Source: Malacoraja senta
Lineage: Eukaryota
DNA length: 64,000 bases
NCBI GenBank assembly: GCA_038087875.1
Contig: CM075989.1
Coordinates: forward strand, 8,806,001 to 8,870,000
Direction of reading: 5' to 3'
Shown: positions 61,586-64,000 of the stretch, piece by piece
How the letters are laid out: each line of letters begins with the position of its first letter
Numbering within the stretch: the stretch's first letter is position 1
The notes under the pieces: model-generated
What the model was told of the DNA's origin: nothing
Databases searched by the model: none
What the model saw: only the letters and a program-made list of their open reading frames with translations
Made by a program: the position numbers and the translations under genes

Positions 61586-62983
61586 TTCGGGGAATGTTAC
61601 CGGGCTGGAAGGTTTCAGTTACAAAGAGATGGGCTAGGGGCTGTTTACCTGGTGCGTAGGAAGCCCAGGGGTGTATAAAATCACGAGGGTCGGGATAAGG
61701 TGACTAGTCACACTTTTTCCCTCAGGACAGGGGAGTCTGAAACTAGAGGACATACTGTAAGTTTAAGGTAGACAAAAATGTTGGAGAAACTCAGCGGGTG
61801 AGGCAGCATCTATGGAGTGAAGGAAATAGGCGACATTTCGGGTCAAGAACTTTCTTCAGATTTTCCAGCATCTGCAGTTCCTTCTTAAACATACTGTAAG
61901 TTTAAGGTGAGGGGGCAAAGATTAAATTATGATCTGAGGGGCGACTTTTCCGCTCGTGGGATCTGTGCATAAATGGAACAAGCTGCTTGGGGAAGTGTAG
62001 GAGAAGGGTACAATTGACACCTTTTAAAAGATAGACAAAAGTGCTGGAGAAACTCAGCGGGCGAAGGAAATAGGCAACGTTTCGGGCTGATGCTGCTGCA
62101 CCCGCTGAGTTTCTCCAGCACTTTTGTCTACCTTCGATTTTCCAGCACCTGCAGTTCCTTCTCGAACCTTTTAAAATATACTTGGATAAGTAGAAGGATA
62201 GGAGATGTTTGGGGGTATATAGGCCAGGCACAGGCAAGTGGGACTGTTTGGTTCGGCAACTTTGGTCAGCATCGACTAGTTAGGCTGAAGGGTTTGATTC
62301 CATGCTGTACAGCTCTGTGACTCTCTAACTCGATGAAGGAACACCTCCTCAGTTACAAAGCCTCTGCTGTTTCCTAATTCCCAGCTTCTCATGTGCGAGT
62401 GGATCCAATTTCAGCAAAAAAGCTTTTGCAAAAGCGATGGTAACAAGATATCCCACATTCAAAGTACCCCTTTCAGCAGCTAGTGAGGCCATTCAGCCCT
62501 TTCACATCTATGCCAGCTCTTTCAAAGAACGTACTAATTAATCCCATTCTGCTATTACCCCACAGCCTTGTCATCTCATTAAATTATTAATCCAATTCTC
62601 TTTTATACTGAAATTGCTTTTCTTATCCACTGCATTCCAGACATCAGGGCCACTAATTGAGTTAAATAATGTCTCCATATCAAATCCTTGGCCTTTATTT
62701 ACTGATGTCCTTGTTTGTGTGCTGTGCTGTCCTTGCTTGCGAGGGAAGGGAAATATTCATGCTTGCATTTTGTGCTGTAGTTGTGCCAGCTCTTTCTTTA
62801 ATATTTAACAACCCTGGTTCAGGATTACTGCTTTGTAAACACATAGAAACATGTTACACCTTTGTGCAGGGAGCATTTCCCTTGTATGGGTTTTCACCAA
62901 ATTAAAATAACTTGGCCTCAGTGGTCGCCAGCAGTACCTGGTGTCCTAAAAATAGACCGCAGCACAAACTAAATCAGCTGGAG

Positions 62984-63491
62984 CAGGGGTGGACAACCTT
63001 GATCAGCAACGGGGCCGGGCGCATGTCTGTGAGCGGATGGCAGGCCACATCTATCACGTGTTCACATGGATCCCACCCCTTCGAGGACGCACTGGCCCCT
63101 AGTTATGGGCGCTCACCAACATGGCGCACCTACAGACCATTGCCTTGGCTTTGTCCTGAAGGCGGTGGCTCAAATACTCACAATCACTCGTCCCCGGCCT
63201 GTTGACAACCCCGATGCCGACAGTGAAGCCCAGGCACAGAAGGTGCGAGGCCGTGCCGGTGGCTTTGCGCAGGATGTGGTACAGCCAGAGCTCGGCGCTC
63301 GGCCCCGCTCGGGCGCTCGGCGGCTCCGCTATTACAGCCACCAGCGCAGGCCTCCTTGTGTCACCGGGCCGTACCGGAGATGAAGGAAGTCTGTGGGCTG
63401 GAATACTACGGAAAAAAAATTCGCCTGCGGGCCGGATGATTTTGGGTTACGGGCCACATTCGGCCCCGGGGCCGTAGGTTGCCGACCCCTA
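62984..63491. mobile_element. Non-autonomous hAT (Charlie-like) element
   Basis: TIRs CAGGGGTGGACAACCT and AGGTTGCCGACCCCTA; 8-bp flanks AGCTGGAG and TGCTGGAG. Confidence 0.8.
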
Positions 63492-63586
63492 TGCTGGAGC
63501 TTAAAAGTGAATGTAAGCCTGACTGACATCGAAAAAATGGTGCAGTCCTCATATTTTTCACATCTCCTTAAGGCATGGAAGTATAA

Positions 63587-63830
63587 TGGTGGCACAGTGA
63601 TGCAGTGGTAAACGTTGCTGCCTTACAGCGCCAGAGACCCGGGTTCGATCCTGACTACGGGTGACGTCTGTCTGCACGTAGTCATGTGCGTACAGACATC
63701 ACTCCCCGTAACCTGCGTGGGTTTTCTCCGGGTGCTCCGGTTTCATCCCACACTCCAAAGACGTACAGGTTTGTAGGTTAATTGGCTTGGTATAATTGTG
63801 AATTGTCCCTAGTGTGTGTAGGATAGTGTA
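63587..63830 (+). mobile_element. HE1/V-SINE-type SINE, 3'-truncated
   Basis: Head, B box GGTTCGATCC and V core. Confidence 0.8.
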
Positions 63831-64000
63831 AATCTAAATAGTGTAATCTAAATAGATAGTGTAATCTAAATAGGTTACCCCATTTAGATAATAGTCTGCT
63901 TTCCTGTTTTTGCCACCAAAATGGATAACCTCACATTTATCCACATTATACTGCATCTGCCAAACATTTGCCCACTCACCCAGCCTATCCAAGTCACCTT

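Overview
Eukaryotic, repeat-rich genomic DNA from a cartilaginous fish. A skate or ray is most likely, inferred from HE1/V-SINE-type SINEs with (CTAAA)n tails and their CR1 partner LINEs. The only host coding sequence I can support is one 201-bp minus-strand exon of coronin-2B (CORO2B, 52378-52578). The rest appears to be its large flanking introns, with the caveat of a 200-N assembly gap at 43837-44036. The largest element is a structurally complete but coding-dead DIRS1-type tyrosine-recombinase retrotransposon (37896-42616), with gag, RT/RNase H/adenine-methyltransferase-like and YR ORFs, split ITRs and an ICR. Also present: dozens of Penelope-derived, often palindromic mini-elements carrying a minimal hammerhead-ribozyme-like motif and variable-length target duplications; four related Harbinger-like MITEs; hAT-like and P-like non-autonomous DNA elements; CR1, L2, Tx1 and Rex1/Babar LINE fragments; an AFC-like CORE-SINE; a probable ERV LTR with PBS; a young minisatellite; a homeodomain-site cluster; and a candidate neural-type microexon. 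Repeat family names come from motif recognition, not database searches, and SINE/LINE boundaries are approximate.
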